From Sarea resinae (lineage: Eukaryota): a stretch of 33,271 nucleotides of DNA. The notes under the pieces were generated by a model, which did not search any database, had not been told where the DNA came from, and saw only the letters and a program-made list of their open reading frames with translations. A program made the position numbers and the translations under genes. Below are positions 1 through 12,786 of this stretch, one piece after another. The DNA lies in contig JAPEUD010000086.1 of NCBI GenBank assembly GCA_026026165.1, positions 62,001 through 95,271 on the forward strand. Reading direction: 5' to 3'. Position 1 is the stretch's first letter. The number at the start of each line of letters is the position of its first letter.

Positions 1-832
1 TTTCTGGAGCGGCTTCCACAATTGCTTCCATTGACAATGGTGGTGGAGTCTCGCTCAAAGACCTTGAATCGATTCTCGACGAACAAGACGGAGGATCCAC
101 CAAGGGCAGTCTGATCGCCCCTCTGAGCCAGAAGAGCAAGGTGAAGCAGGACGGCACTTGGCCTCAACTCGGGGAGGGTAGCGAAGTAGACGACTCCGAG
201 GTCGATCTCCTTACCGGTGCCGATAGCAGGAGCGTTGCCAGTGTCAGCACCAGATGGGGTGGCGGTGGCGGATCTGCTTCCTCGAAGCTCTTTCCCGGTG
301 CTCCAAAGACGCCGGTGACCCCGGAAGAGGCCACCAGGTTGGAAGAGCTGGCCGCAGCTAACACGGTCAATGGGTTCAACACGCATGTCTGGCACCCTGG
401 CTCTAAGGACTTTCGCGCGGAAGCATTCAAGAACCATATCACGGACAAATATCACTGTCCCTATCCCCGCTGCGTGTAAGTACTGCTGAGACCTTCACGA
501 GCCGAGGATGCAACTAATCTGATGCTCCCAGCAAAACTTACACCACCAGCTTCCCCTTTGAGGCGCACATGCGTTCCCACTTGGGGGACACAGCCAAGCT
601 TCGTTGCCCCTGTTGCCTACGTCTCTTCGACACGGCTACGGCATTGATTCAGCATTGCGAGACGGCCACGTCGCGCTGTCGCATCAACCAGAGCGACAAG
701 TATGGTGTAGCCATCGATCAATTTTCCGGTGGGTTGTTGGAAGCCAAGGGGCGCCATGAAGACGGCACCATCAAGTACAAGGGCGCCGAACGCAAAGACG
801 ACGGCGGCCCTGGGGGCGAGGTAAATTGGTAG
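1..832 (+). CDS. C2H2 zinc-finger protein, 5' end outside window
   Basis: Frame open from the window start. Exons <1-475 and 532-832; intron 476-531 (GTAAGT...CTAAT...CAG). Splicing creates YHCPYPRCVKTYTTSFPFEAHMRSH (C-x4-C...H-x3-H), followed by a second finger-like CPCCLRLFDTATALIQHCE. Confidence 0.85.
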
Positions 833-1160
833 ACGGCGGGCGATCATTCCACTGCCACGGCGTGCTCTATGGGCTAGTTGCTATAATCAAGGGGATCGGC
901 TGGATTGGAGATGATAACGGAAAGGGGAGGGAATGGGTCATGACCAATGGATTCGAATTTCTCTTTCTCTTTCTCTTTCTTTGGCAACCGAACGTCAAGC
1001 TTTTCAAGCGCGCAGTACTGGTGATGCTGTTGATGTTGTTGTTGAGGTCGATGCGTGCGAACTCTGGCTAGTAATCAGCAAGGTTTCTTGCATGGCTGAG
1101 ACCGGGCAAACAAAGATAATGAACCAAAACAAGCATACACTGCGCTGTGCCATCCATACT

Positions 1161-1193
1161 TCCATCCATCCATCCATCCATCCATCCATCCAT
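1161..1193. repeat. (TCCA)n microsatellite
   Basis: About 8 tandem TCCA units read directly. Confidence 0.9.
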
Positions 1194-2003
1194 TGTCAAT
1201 TGTCGAGTTGCTCCCACTCCTGCCTACCTGACTGGGGCCCGTAAGCAAGCAAGCAAAGCACACGTCGTCTCCCGGTACTTTGTACCCTCCCCTCCCTTTG
1301 CCCTCTCCGTATAGCACTTCAACTGTTCTCGGAGTAGCACTGCCCACCCACCCACCTACCTACCCATCTCCCGCGCAATTTGTTGACCGTTTGGCTAACT
1401 ACCTACCTACCTACCTTATGTACCTAATCGGATTGAGCGAGTGCAAACATCCACCAAAATGCCTCGTCTCCCCCAAGTTTCCGTCCGTTCCTAAGGAAAG
1501 TTTTATTTTGAGATAAACGACAGTGGGGGCTAGAGATTGATCATCTCAACAAGAGAAAGAGAAACATATATGGAGATATATATACTCGTTTGTATCTGCA
1601 CACACGAACACGGATGGAGGTAGTGGAGGAAGGGAGGGGAGGCAAGGCGATGTAACTAAAGTCACGTAAGGTATTCGTAGTTGTGATCCCGCTATCTGTG
1701 CTTTCATTCCTCTCAGCGGCTGCTGCTGCTGGGGGATAATAGTAGGTGCTGGTGCTATGGCGACGGCGGCGGGCGCACGTTATCAGATAATGATGATGTT
1801 TTTCTCCCCGTGGCATTTCTTGCCTTAGGTTGTTAATGTCACGTCGCTTGCGATATCTCGCCATGTCCTCCAGCTATCAGGAATCCACCTCAATAATGTA
1901 CCGCACGCACGCGGTAAGGTCACCAATCCCACAACCCACCAAACCCGATCCCAATCAACCAACCAACCAATATAACCACCCTAAAACAATTTACTTACAA
2001 GTC

Positions 2004-2117
2004 GGCAACCTGCCAGAGTGGTTAATGGGTAGCACTCGAACGCCCGAGTCACATCGATTCGGCCATCTTTGATATGCTATATCTTCGGATTCGTAGGTTC
2101 GAATCCTACGGTTGTCG
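2004..2117 (+). tRNA. tRNA-Ser(CGA) with 33-nt intron
   Basis: Acceptor stem GGCAACC/GGTTGTC plus discriminator G. D arm CCA-GAGTGGTTAA-TGG. Anticodon stem TAGCA/TGCTA with loop CT-CGA-A|A and intron 2041-2073 at the canonical 37/38 position. Variable hairpin ATC-TTCG-GAT (class II). T arm GTAGG-TTCGAAT-CCTAC. Confidence 0.95.
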
Positions 2118-2126
2118 CATCGTCTA

Positions 2127-2143
2127 TTTTTTCATTTTTTTTT
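2127..2143 (+). terminator. RNA polymerase III oligo(T) terminator of the tRNA
   Basis: T6 and T9 runs starting 10 nt downstream of the tRNA 3' end. Confidence 0.8.
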
Positions 2144-2571
2144 CGGTTTGGCGATTGGGGGGGGGGAAGGGAAGGGGATAAGCGAGGGCGGGTTTCTTTT
2201 CCGTACGCGAGGGCGCTACGTGGGGAATCACTGGCTACTACCAGATTATGCGGATCCGAGGGGCCAGCCAGCAAGGGGAGAAGATATGGAGATGGAAAGG
2301 GGGAGGGGAAGAGGGAAGAACCATTTGGCACCTCTCTGACCAAATCTTGACAGCTAACGGCTTATTCTGTGCTGATTGATGAGATTCTAATCTCCTTGAA
2401 CGGAGGTCTCTTTCGGCGGGGCGGCGGTCCACGGTGCTGTACTTGCAGTCTTTTGGCTCACATAAAACTGTCTCTGCCTATATACTAGAGCTTTTGTATA
2501 TGATATCCGAGAAATTATCAATAAGCCGTCATTGTACACAATACGCCTAGAAAACCAGAGGAATATGATAT

Positions 2572-3251
2572 TTAGAATCGCGAATAAGGCAGCCTGTATA
2601 TACCAAGTTACTATAATCAGCCATGTGGATCGCGGCGGCATAAGAAATCCTCGAGAAAAATAGCTAAAGAAGGTGGGACAGTCAAGCAGGCAGACTTACC
2701 ACTTCCCCCTCAGGGTGATGACGGCCCAATCGCCCTTCTCGTCCGTCTCCTTCTCGACCTTGGTGGAGAAAGAGATGGCGCTCATGATGCCATCGCCAAA
2801 CTTCTCGTTCAGCACCGCCTTGTACGCATACCCGTAATTCTGGACGATCTCGTAGAGGCGATAGATCAGCGGCTCCTTGGGCGGCATATCCATGGAGCGG
2901 CCGCGGTCGGGGAAGCCCTGGAGCTGGTCCTGCAGGCTGACGGCGGAGAGGCCCAGGATGCCGGAGAGACGCTCGATGTCGTCGTCCGAGGCCTGGGCTT
3001 GGCCGTAGAAGAGCGCGGCCACGGCCACTTCGGACCGGCCGAGCTGCGCGGCGATGGCTTCGAACGACAGGCCTTTTTGCGCCTTTGCTTCGAAGAGGGT
3101 CGACGAGGATTGTGGGAGCCGGTGGACGAGCGAGGTCTGGTTGAAGCTGTCAGTATCGCGTCTTGATGTTGGTGGGATGAGTTGGGGTGAGGGGAGGAAT
3201 GGCGCGGTTGTTACGCACGTCCAGGGTCGAGATGTTGCTTGTGGTCGACAT
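2572..3251 (-). CDS. cyn1: Cyanate hydratase (cyanase), 163 aa
   Basis: Exons 3251-3219, 3136-2700 and 2593-2572 with GT-AG introns. Protein [11 protein letters not shown]...[16 protein letters not shown]...[15 protein letters not shown]...[13 protein letters not shown]...LRGKWLPYSRF carries the diagnostic cyanase motifs. Confidence 0.96.
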
Positions 3252-3973
3252 GGTGGATCTGGGGTCGTTTGAGTCTGTCACTTGTGGAGTTTTATCTGGG
3301 AGCTGTTTCTGTGCGCGAAGGGTAGTGGCAGTGATAGATGTTGAATAGATTTTGAAAGGAGTTTCAATATTGCTTGGGCTGGTTGGCTGGTTCTCTATAT
3401 AAGACTAATACTACAACAGAGACTTGTGAAGGCGTTGCCGTATAGCCGTCCACCTGCGCTCGTCGAGGAAAACATGAAGTCGTGTAGTCCGAGTCCAATT
3501 ACCTAACGTCATCGCCCTAATCGACGTAATCGACCGTCTAGGCCTTCTCGAGGCCGCGGGCCGATGTTTACTTGGCTAGCTACTTGCGAGAGGGGCATCA
3601 AAGTGTACATTCGGGGTAGGTTATATTGAGAGATCGCCCAGTAGGTACCTAGTAGGCACTTGCTGGAGCCCTCATTAAGGTATCTACCGTACTGATGGCC
3701 GCAAGGATGACCTGGGCAAAGTGCTTCAAATTATTCACTTTACTCGGCTCTACTCTACTTTATCTGTAAACTGCTTCAGCCTTGTCAATTATGTTAGAAA
3801 TGGAAAACAAAGCCCATATCAAATTCCCTTTGCGCCGATCCAATGCCAATTGCGCGCTGCTACAGAACGAAAGGCGTCCTCCCGTAAACATAATATTCAG
3901 ACAAGAATTGCGGCGCCCGTAGTAAAGCTAGTAAGATGCGATGGAATCAGCTCGATGCTGTGCCTATGCCTAA

Positions 3974-5734
3974 TCACTCATGGCCGCTAGGTGACCAGTC
4001 CTGCCACTCCTGCGCTCCTCGTGGCCGACTCTTCAGAGGCTTCTGGGCCTCAATGTCGCCGCTTGGACTTTCTTCCCCGTCGTCCGAATTACTGCTGACG
4101 GAAAAATGGTCGCCCTCTCCGTCTGTATCTGCATTTCCAGCATCATCTCCAAAGTCATCGTGATCATACCGATAAGGATCTAGCGTATCCATCGAAAGCC
4201 CACTGTCAGGGCGACCCGAAGCTTGAGATTGTTGCGCGTTTCTCCCCAATAAGGCGTCCGCTTTTCCTGGCGACCGTCTCCCAGACGCTGGCACAGACGT
4301 CACCCCGCTAGAAGTAGTGAGGTAATGTCTTTCCCCGCCATCTCTTCGAGCCCAATTCGACGAGGGCGACGTGCGCGGCTGGTATTGCTTGCGTGCCGCG
4401 CTATAGTCCGGAAGCAAATCCGCACCCGCGCCCCACCCCGCCTCCCGCTCTCGCTGCTCTTGTGCGCGCCATTGAGCCTCGCGCTCGTGGCGTACGTTTT
4501 CCCTTGCTTCGATCCATTGCGCGCTGGCTTCCCAATGCCAACCGTCGCCTGTGGTGTTGCAGATGGGGAGAAACCAGAGCAGCGGGGTCTCGCCGAAGAG
4601 GTGACGGAGGTTGCGGCGCGGACCGAGGTCAAAGGCATGAGGCAATTTCTCCGAGTCCTTTTCATCGAGGTAGTCTTCGTAGCGTTCTCGTTCGCGCGAG
4701 CGCTCGACGGCGGAGTAGTTTCTATAGAGAGCGCTTTGGGCGGCTGAGGTGGTGGGTGAAGAGCGTTCTTCGCCCTCTTCGGGACGGGTGACACCCGGGA
4801 TGGCATTGGCACCGATCTCGCGAAGTTGTTCGCCGAAGCTTGGAGAGCCGTTTCCGTTGGCGTCATTCTGTTGTGGAAAGTGTTGATGTTGCATCGACTT
4901 TCGCAACGGAGAGAGATATCGAGTCTTTTCGAGGCATTCGATGGTAGTTTGGCCGCGGACTGCTAGATGAACATGCCAAAGGGTGAAGCCAGTAAGGACC
5001 AGTCCGATGATGCCAGCGATCACGGCCAGAAGCACATAATTGACCGGCATGAAGTGATCTGTGTACTGCAGGTCGTCGTCGAAAATGCCATTCCAGACCC
5101 AGGTCAAAGACACAGCAAAGCAAATCCAACAGAACAGACACGTATAGATCAGGAACAGAAGAAAAGGTTTGTAGTTCCGCAATCCTACACAGCCTGCGAG
5201 CCAAGGGCAGTGGTGATCCATCTTCAGCACGCATCTTCTACACGTCGAGCAGTGATGTGCCCGATCAGGCTTTCGCGCCTGGCATTTCTTGCAGAAGCGC
5301 ACCCCTCCTGTCGACTTGACTGTGAAAGATGTTGCGTTTCGAGGTTCGTGTGTAGGAAGATGGCTATAGCCTTGTTTTCCAGTCAAGGGAGAGCCGGGGT
5401 CCTTAAAGACAGCAGTAGTGTAGCACCAGTTCAGAAGTAGATATAAAACGAGTCCGAGCGCCGAAGTTGTGAGACCTTCGGATGAAGTCAGTTTCTGCAC
5501 TTGCCGTTCACGTCTCGGTCGCAAGCTTCACTCACCAGTCCAACGACTCTTCTCAGGCAAGAACCCAATACTCGTCTCTACCCAGACGGCCCAACTCGTC
5601 AATCCATATACAAAAACAAGAGGAAAGTATGTGACTGTTACGCAACAGTAGCGCTCGCATTTTCTGACCCATGATCTCCGCCGTCTTGTGAGCGATGGTG
5701 ATGAGGGTGGAGAGGGAGAACCAAGAGTAGCCAT
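3974..5734 (-). CDS. PFA3: DHHC palmitoyltransferase, Pfa3-like, 566 aa
   Basis: Exons 5734-5536 and 5475-3974; intron 5535-5476 (GTGAGT...CTGAC...AAG). Cys-rich DHHC domain CKKCQARKPDRAHHCSTCRRCVLKMDHHCPW, four hydrophobic segments and a TTIE motif. Confidence 0.92.
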
Positions 5735-6352
5735 GACGAGGAGCCACAAGACACAAGACGCCAAGCTGGTCGAGTATCCCTATCAATGCGACATGATGGG
5801 TCGGGTCGTATTCCAGTGGGCTTCAACTGGTGGTCGAGAGAATGATCTGAATACTTGTTTCAAGCGAGTTGACTGCGTATAAGGATGCTAGTCCAGTCTG
5901 TCGAGAAAAGCGTAGAGATAGTTCGATCTATGACTCCTGTGTCCTGAGGAGCCTTTTTGGGGATGGGTATGGAGATAGATTAGAAATATTGTAGGCGTTG
6001 GAAACAAGTTTAGATGCTCCAACGATCATAGAAGCTTGAGTTTACATTGGCCCATCCATGTCAGGGCCAAGGGGACGCGCATCACCGGCACGTGACAACA
6101 GCAATTAGCGGTTAGTTACCGCAAACTCGGCTACTAAACGCCGATCTCCCTTGGCTAGTCGTACGGAGTAGAGAGATAACTCCGTATCAACAGATATAAA
6201 TAGGGACTCTATATGATATTCATTCGAGAACATGATTCGTTCTATACAAGTGAGGGACGTAAATCCTACCGTCTAAAGCCCACAAGAACTCTCGAGTCTA
6301 TTGCGCCTGCATACAGGTAGGATACTCAAGGAAAAATAAAACGACCGAGATA

Positions 6353-9300
6353 TCAATTGTCCATTCCTCCCAGCTCAACAAGCCAGCGGACAGCATCCAA
6401 GACTTCTCTATCTCTTTTCTCGTTACCGCCTGACTTGGCATCACCACCACTATCACCAACCAGATTTCCCTCCAGAACGCCATCCAAAAGCGTACGTAAC
6501 CGAGCGACTAAAACACCGATGCGCGCGTGACCTCGGAGGGGAATGTGGTTGTCGAGTAGCAGATGCGGAGCTGTCGTATGTGAGGTGGTCGAGGGCAGTG
6601 ACAATGTCAGCGAGCCGGCGAAGAGGAGGAGGGTGTAAGCGTTGAAAGCTGTCCTCATTCTCTCCCATCAGTTTCGATTCTTTCAACCCCAAGATGAACG
6701 GACAGGAGGTGTTGACTTACGCGTAACCTCCCTAACCCAAACCTTGCCGGTCTTAACCTTGCTAAACCAAGCCAAATATCCTCCCTCCCTAGCCCCCTCC
6801 CCAGTTCCGCCATCTTGAGTGCCCAAGACACTACTAAATCCCTGCGCATCAAATAGCGTGCTGCTGGGGTGTATGAAGACCCTCGGGCCGTCAGTCGATG
6901 ACGAATCCAAATCAAAGTATTTGATAGTCCGAGCTTCGGGGTCCAGTGCCACAGCTCCAGAGACTGAGGCAGCGAACTTCTTTGGGGGGAGCACGATGCG
7001 CGAGATTTGAGGGTGGAAGGATGCTGCAACGAGGGCGCGAATAAGAGGGAGGGAGGTGTTGTGGGAATTGTAGATGGATGAGGAAGCAGAGGAAGAGGTA
7101 GAGGGCGATGACTGATACGTCAGTGGAATAAAGCCGGCTTCTTTGAGGGAAGAGAGATATTGTGCTCTGTTACTCGAGATATCCACGCAGGTTTGATAAG
7201 AGAGAAAGTGCTCATCGCACCAGCTACGAATCTCGCGCTGGGAGACTCCCTTAGCTCGGAAAGATGCCCATTCGTCGTAAGCAGACATATCAGCGATCAG
7301 ATCGCCTTGACCGCCCTTTCCAAACGAGCATCTGGCCGCCTTGGACTCCTCGCGTTTCTCCCTTGGAGATACGAAGGGTGATTTGACGGTCAGGATTCCA
7401 GCGATTGTGATACAGGCTTCCAGGCAGCCGAATGTAGCTCCGTAGACCATCAGTTTACCGCAGCGGAGATCAGCTGGAATGGTGGCGAGATGGCGGCCTA
7501 GCGCCGTAAGATCCTCAGTGCTGGCCTCGAGAGCACCCATGCGGGCTAGGAGGGTCATGGCGGACTGGATAGCAGTGGTTTCAGGGGGTGTGAGCGCGGA
7601 GGCAAGGAATGACGATACGTCTGCTATGCCCATTGCTTTGACCGAGAGGCACAGCTGCTCGAGTGGCACGCGGCGGATCTCGGGTTCAGGGCGATCAGCC
7701 ATCTTTGTAAGTTCTGCGTTGCGTGTGAAAAGTTTGTAGCACTTCCCCTTACGAACACGGCCTGCACGGCCGCGGCGCTGTTTGCATGCGGCTTTTGAGG
7801 CCCAGACTTCGTCTAATTTGACCATGGATGTGGCAGGGTCAAAGGACGTTTCTTTGACGCGACCAGAGTCGATGACGGCTACGACGTCTTGGATTGTTAT
7901 AGAGGTTTCGGCGACATTAGTGGCGGCGATGACTTTCCGAAGACCTTTCGGAGCAGGTGGAAAGACGCGCCGTTGTTCAACTGGGAGGAGTGAGGCGTGA
8001 AGGGGCAGGGGGTATATATTTGGCAAAGCGCGAAGGGCATCGAGGGTGCGATTGATTTCAAGAGTACCAGGAAGGAAGATCAAAATACTTCCATCGGTGG
8101 ACGCTAAATCGGTGTCGATGGATTGAACAGTTTGGGCGATGAGGTCGTAGTTGATCCGCATGCCAGTGTTTTGTATAGCTGTGGCGATCGAGGAATTTGG
8201 ACTCTCCGACGTATCCTCATATCTGCCTCTCCGCCCATCGAGTCGAGGTCTGAAGCCTGTCATCCCGATCACATCGTCGAGGTAATAGTCCTCCACAGGG
8301 AAAGTTCGTCCCTGAATTTCGATCAGGCCGACCTTTCCTGCGCCGCCAAAATATCTTGCAAAGACGTCGGCATCCAATGTGGCGCTCATCAATATCACTT
8401 TGAGATCTTTCCGCTTCTTCAAAACGTCCCTCAAGAGCACAAGCAAGAAGTCCGTGTCGAGGCTTCTTTCGTGTACTTCATCAACGACGACATGACTTAC
8501 GTCGGCCAGGGCAGCGACAACATCGTCGGTACTACCGCCAGACGTCTGCAACCTACGAAGTAGCACCCCCGTAGTGACAAAGGTAATCTTCGTAATTCCC
8601 GGCTTCTGTTTCGATTCGCCTCGAATGGCATAGCCGACTTCGTCACCAACCGGCAAGCAGCGCTCTTCGCTGACGCGATCTGCTAAACCTAGAGCCGATA
8701 TCCTTCGGGGTTGAGTACAGATGATATTCACAGCGCCACCCAACTTTCGCATTATTAAATCATCCAAAACGAACTGAACGGCTTGCGTAGACTTCCCAGA
8801 ACCAGTCTCCCCAGAGATGATTGTCACCTGATGTGACTCCACAGCATCGACAATCTCTTCTTTCAATGACCACGCGGGAAGTGATTGCCGAGCGGCAAGC
8901 ATTTTCTGCTGGGCAGCGGTCTTGCTCCTTTGTTCCCAAGCTGCAAGTATCTTAAGACTGGCATCCGTGCCCAGCCGCCAGTCAATAGGCTTCATGAATT
9001 TTCTTCGTTGTTTGTTGCTCGGACGGGCAACATGATCGCCCCCAGCCTCACCAACAGTAGATGCAGCCGAAGAAACGTCTCTTAGCTTTCCAGGCCGTTC
9101 TATAATGTTCGCTATCTCGTTCTCGAGCCAGTCTACCATATTGAATACCATCTGCTCTCCAAGGAGATCTGCCTCTGCATGCTGCACGGATTGTCGGATG
9201 ATGCTAAGACGTATATACGCCGGGAGACTTTCCGATTGTACCGAGATGATGGGTGAGACGGCTGGATATGGTCCGGAAGGTTTTCTAACTTGTAATAAAA

Positions 9301-10763
9301 ATGACTTGTCTGATCTTTGGACTTCGAGTTTGAGTTGATAGATGTCTGGAGAGAGCCCGTGGAATCTGTCACCAAAGATGGCTTCAATAGCCATTCGCTC
9401 TTGGTCCCAGGTCTCCCGCTCATCCTCTCCTGTAGCTTCCACGTCAGGTTTGATTCTCTTTGCCGATGGCTCCCTTGAGCTGTGTAGGAGAATGTCTTGT
9501 AAAGCTTCGGCCGCTCGGCCCTCGTCCCCATCGCAAGCATCAAAAAGCTTCTCACACAACTCCGTAGCGTATCCCGCGGCTGCCAGTCTTTTTACGGAAG
9601 CCTCCCTTTTAATATCCCCACTCGCCATGCTGATACCAGCAACGTATCCCTCGGGTAAGGCCCACCCAGGTAAGTCATCTTCGGGGACATGGACCAGCAG
9701 CCACTCTAGAGTTTCTTCTCGATCCTTGCACTGCTCTGCGGCTTCTTGGACGTGACTTTCGCGGAAACCCAGAACACTCAGATCCCTGACGATCCTCTGC
9801 TGCTGATGTTGAGGCATGGTAACACCATGTGGGTTCCAGATGACGTGTTTCCTGATTATCTCTTCAATCACGTTGCGTGTCCGTTTGCCCATTTCGATCT
9901 TCGGCGCTCTCCTCAGACCCTTGTCGCGAATTCCACCACTATTGCCATGGCCGCGCCCAAGACTGCCACTCTCAGCCTCCTTAGCCCTTTGCTTCTCCCT
10001 CTCTTCGCGTTTCTTCGCCATTTCGGCGTGAGCATCTTCTCTTTCCTTCTTAGCCGCGAACGGATCAGCCTCATACATCCATGATTTCCCATCCTTGACG
10101 TCTTCTTTCTTGAGCTCCTGGAACTCGCCCTTCCATAGGTCGCGGTAGTTTGGTGGAAGCATCATGTGGATGTTGCGCATGCTACACACGCGAAAGAGTG
10201 CATATGTTGCTGCAAAATGGCGTGCTTCCACGGCTGTGGGCTGGATGGCGAGATGCTTGTGCGTAGGCGGTAACTTGAAGGGTGGAAGGGTAGTAGTTTC
10301 CCGTGTTTTGTTGTTCGTGGCTTTGAGGATTACCATCGACGAAAAGCCCTCTGGTGTTTTACTCTATTCACGCTATCGTCAGTTTTGGCCTCTCGATCTC
10401 AATCATGCTGGATGCACGCACCATCGTGTACTCGGGCTTCTCCCACCGCTGCTTCTGGCAATGCTCTGAGAGCATATTGACAGGCAGCTTTCCAGTCCAT
10501 GAAGCCCCCCCAATCAACTTTCGCGTATCTGGCTTCTTCGGTACATCTTCCGCCGCATTCTGGCTGCCTTCGGTAGACCCCTTTGCTTTTGGCCGGGAGG
10601 GGACATCTTGTTCAACACTTTCCTTCGATGCACCGGATCTTGTCTTCTTAGGCTTGTCGTTGTCGTTGCCGAAGACAATGAAGCTATCGTCAACCTTAGA
10701 TAAGGATGCTGGCGCAGGCTTCTTGGGACCACCGCCGCGGCCCGAATTGCCTTTCTTGGGCAT
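6353..10763 (-). CDS. DExH-box RNA helicase with UBA-like and RWD domains (yeast YLR419W / S. pombe Ucp12 / DHX57-like), about 1426 aa
   Basis: Exons 10763-10422, 10363-6721 and 6648-6353. Motifs GETGSGKST, TQPRRISA, DEVHER, MSAT, TNVAETSIT and QRRGRAGR. HA2 region LTALGRHLATIP, OB-fold VFIHPSS...PFNAYTLLLF, and UBA-like LGFRESHVQEA. Confidence 0.93.
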
Positions 10764-11231
10764 TCTCTTCTTCGCCTGTCGCTGATTCGACCAGAGACTG
10801 CAGAGGGTCCATGTGACGCCGGGAATCCGAACAACCGGAAGGAGAGAGAGAACGAAAGGCGGGCTGGTGCAGGATTCTATCAAGGAAGAGCAAGCCTGAC
10901 AGCAATTAGAAGACTATTAGCCTGGTGAGTACGGTCATGGACGGTCCTGCAATTGTCAGCGGACAATGCCGCTAAACCTTTAAGCGTCGCCCCTCGGCCC
11001 CCCCATAGGGCTGACGCTTGTCGATCGCTTAGGCGTCTATTTACAAGGCCCACGACCTGCGTCATCCCGCGGCTTTCTTAGTACACCGCCTTCCTTTCTT
11101 TTGAAGTTGCATGGTTGAGCTCCGCCCTCTAGGCCCCAGCTGGGTTGAATTCTATAAGAGCGCACTGCATCACTCCTGCTTACTGTGTATCAAAGCAATA
11201 AGCATCTAGAGGCATCCCAGACACACTCGCG

Positions 11232-12171
11232 ATGGCGGACAGGCAAGAAGAACACCAAGATGCCATCACGGAAGAAGAAATATCCGGCACAGCTATATCA
11301 GCCAACGACGAAGCTTCCAGTAACAGCCCAAGCCCCAAAGCCTCGATCAGAAACGCCTGTGAGCCTGACTATTGCCCCCAAGACCACTCCTCTACCTCAC
11401 ACCAATTCCCACAAACATTGACCCCTTCGTCTCTCGCCAGTCACAGAACTCATGGCCCGAAAACCGCACCCCAAACCGCCGGCGGCCGCCGCATCTTCCA
11501 CGACACACTTCTGGGGCCGCGATGGCCTAGGCGCCTACACGCACTCGCCGACCTCCTTCCCGCCCTCCCGCGTCATCTACCACACGCCGACCTCGGTCGT
11601 GATAAATGACATGTACCCAAAGTCGTCGATCCACATCCTGCTGCTACCACGGGACAGCACGAGAAACCTACTGCATCCCTTCGAGGCGTTCGAAGACCCG
11701 GTCTTCCTCAGCTCGGTGCAGCAAGAAGTGCGGGAACTCCGCCACCTCGTCGCGACGGAGCTACGGCGGAAATACGGTCGATTCTCCACCCAAGACCGCG
11801 CGCGCGAAGAAGCGCTAGAGACCGACTCACCACCACCAGAACTGCCGCCGGGTCGAGATTGGGAAAAGGACGTCATCTCCGGCATCCATGCGCACCCCTC
11901 GATGAACCACCTCCATGTCCATGTCCTCTCCGTCGACAGGGTCAGTGACTGCATGCGCCACTTGAAGCATTACAACAGCTTCGCAACGCCGTTCCTGATC
12001 GACGTCGACGATTTTCCGCTGCCGCCCGATGACGTGCGCAGGCATCCGGGGAGAGAGGGCTACCTGACATCGGATCTGAAGTGTTGGCGCTGTGGCAAGA
12101 ATTTTGGGAAGCAATTTGCAAAGCTGAAGAGACATCTGGCCGACGAGCTTGAAGAGTGGAAGAGAGAGTAG
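11232..12171 (+). CDS. HNT3: Aprataxin (HIT-family DNA 5'-deadenylase), 285 aa
   Basis: Exons 11232-11358 and 11441-12171; splicing gives RNAFTELM. INDMYPKS, HIT motif HAHPSMNHLHVHV and C-terminal C2HE finger CWRC...HLADE. Confidence 0.92.
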
Positions 12172-12786
12172 CTTGGTTTCGTCCGTTTGCTCGTTCACCG
12201 TCAATCAGACAGGCTTTGAATGTTTTCTACAGGGGGCGTTCTTGATAGCTGGGACAACTGGCGATAGCATATTGTCTTACCTTAGCATGGCATTTCACCA
12301 CTGCCAGCGCCAGAAGTAAATTTCAAAATAATTACTATACTATTACCACCCTTCATCAGTGGTCCTCGCTGTCCAAACAAGAAAGAGGACTAAATCAGGA
12401 AACCAGATCTGCACATTAGTATTATCGGAACGCCTCTGGAGCTTTCTCGGCCCTTCCCATTGGGACCCTCTCAATAAGGGATAGGGTAGGTCCCTTCTAT
12501 AGTACCACAACAGCCACGCACTCGCCCGCAGCCAATCGGGATCATAAGGCTACACTGGATGGGGAGATCGAGCGCCACAGATTCTCGAATCGCTGACTCA
12601 ACGATATTGAAGAGATGAACAAAATTGGCTTTTCCAGCAGCTCCGCATAGCTCTCTCAAAAGATAACCCGAACGAGGCTCCAGCACGCTGGCCGACGAAG
12701 CTTCGAAGGCATTAAAAGGAAATATTTGTAGAAAAAATAAGATATCCTTCTGATCGGCTGTGTCTGTCAAGCCCTTTGGCTGTCCG

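Noticed and set aside
2572..3251. Cyanase as part of a cyanase-carbonic anhydrase detoxification cluster or a bacterial transfer
   Set aside because: No carbonic anhydrase is nearby. The gene has two introns and lies among housekeeping genes.
5783..5794. Three-codon uORF (MSH*) upstream of PFA3
   Set aside because: Too short to distinguish from chance without conservation or TSS data.
4300..10084. Many antisense or alternate-frame ORFs overlapping PFA3 and the helicase
   Set aside because: These are shadow ORFs of GC-rich coding sequence with no independent protein features.
12169..12219. Stop-codon readthrough of HNT3 (TAG-C context) to a cryptic peroxisomal signal
   Set aside because: The extension ends in DRL, not a canonical PTS1, and aprataxin acts on DNA.
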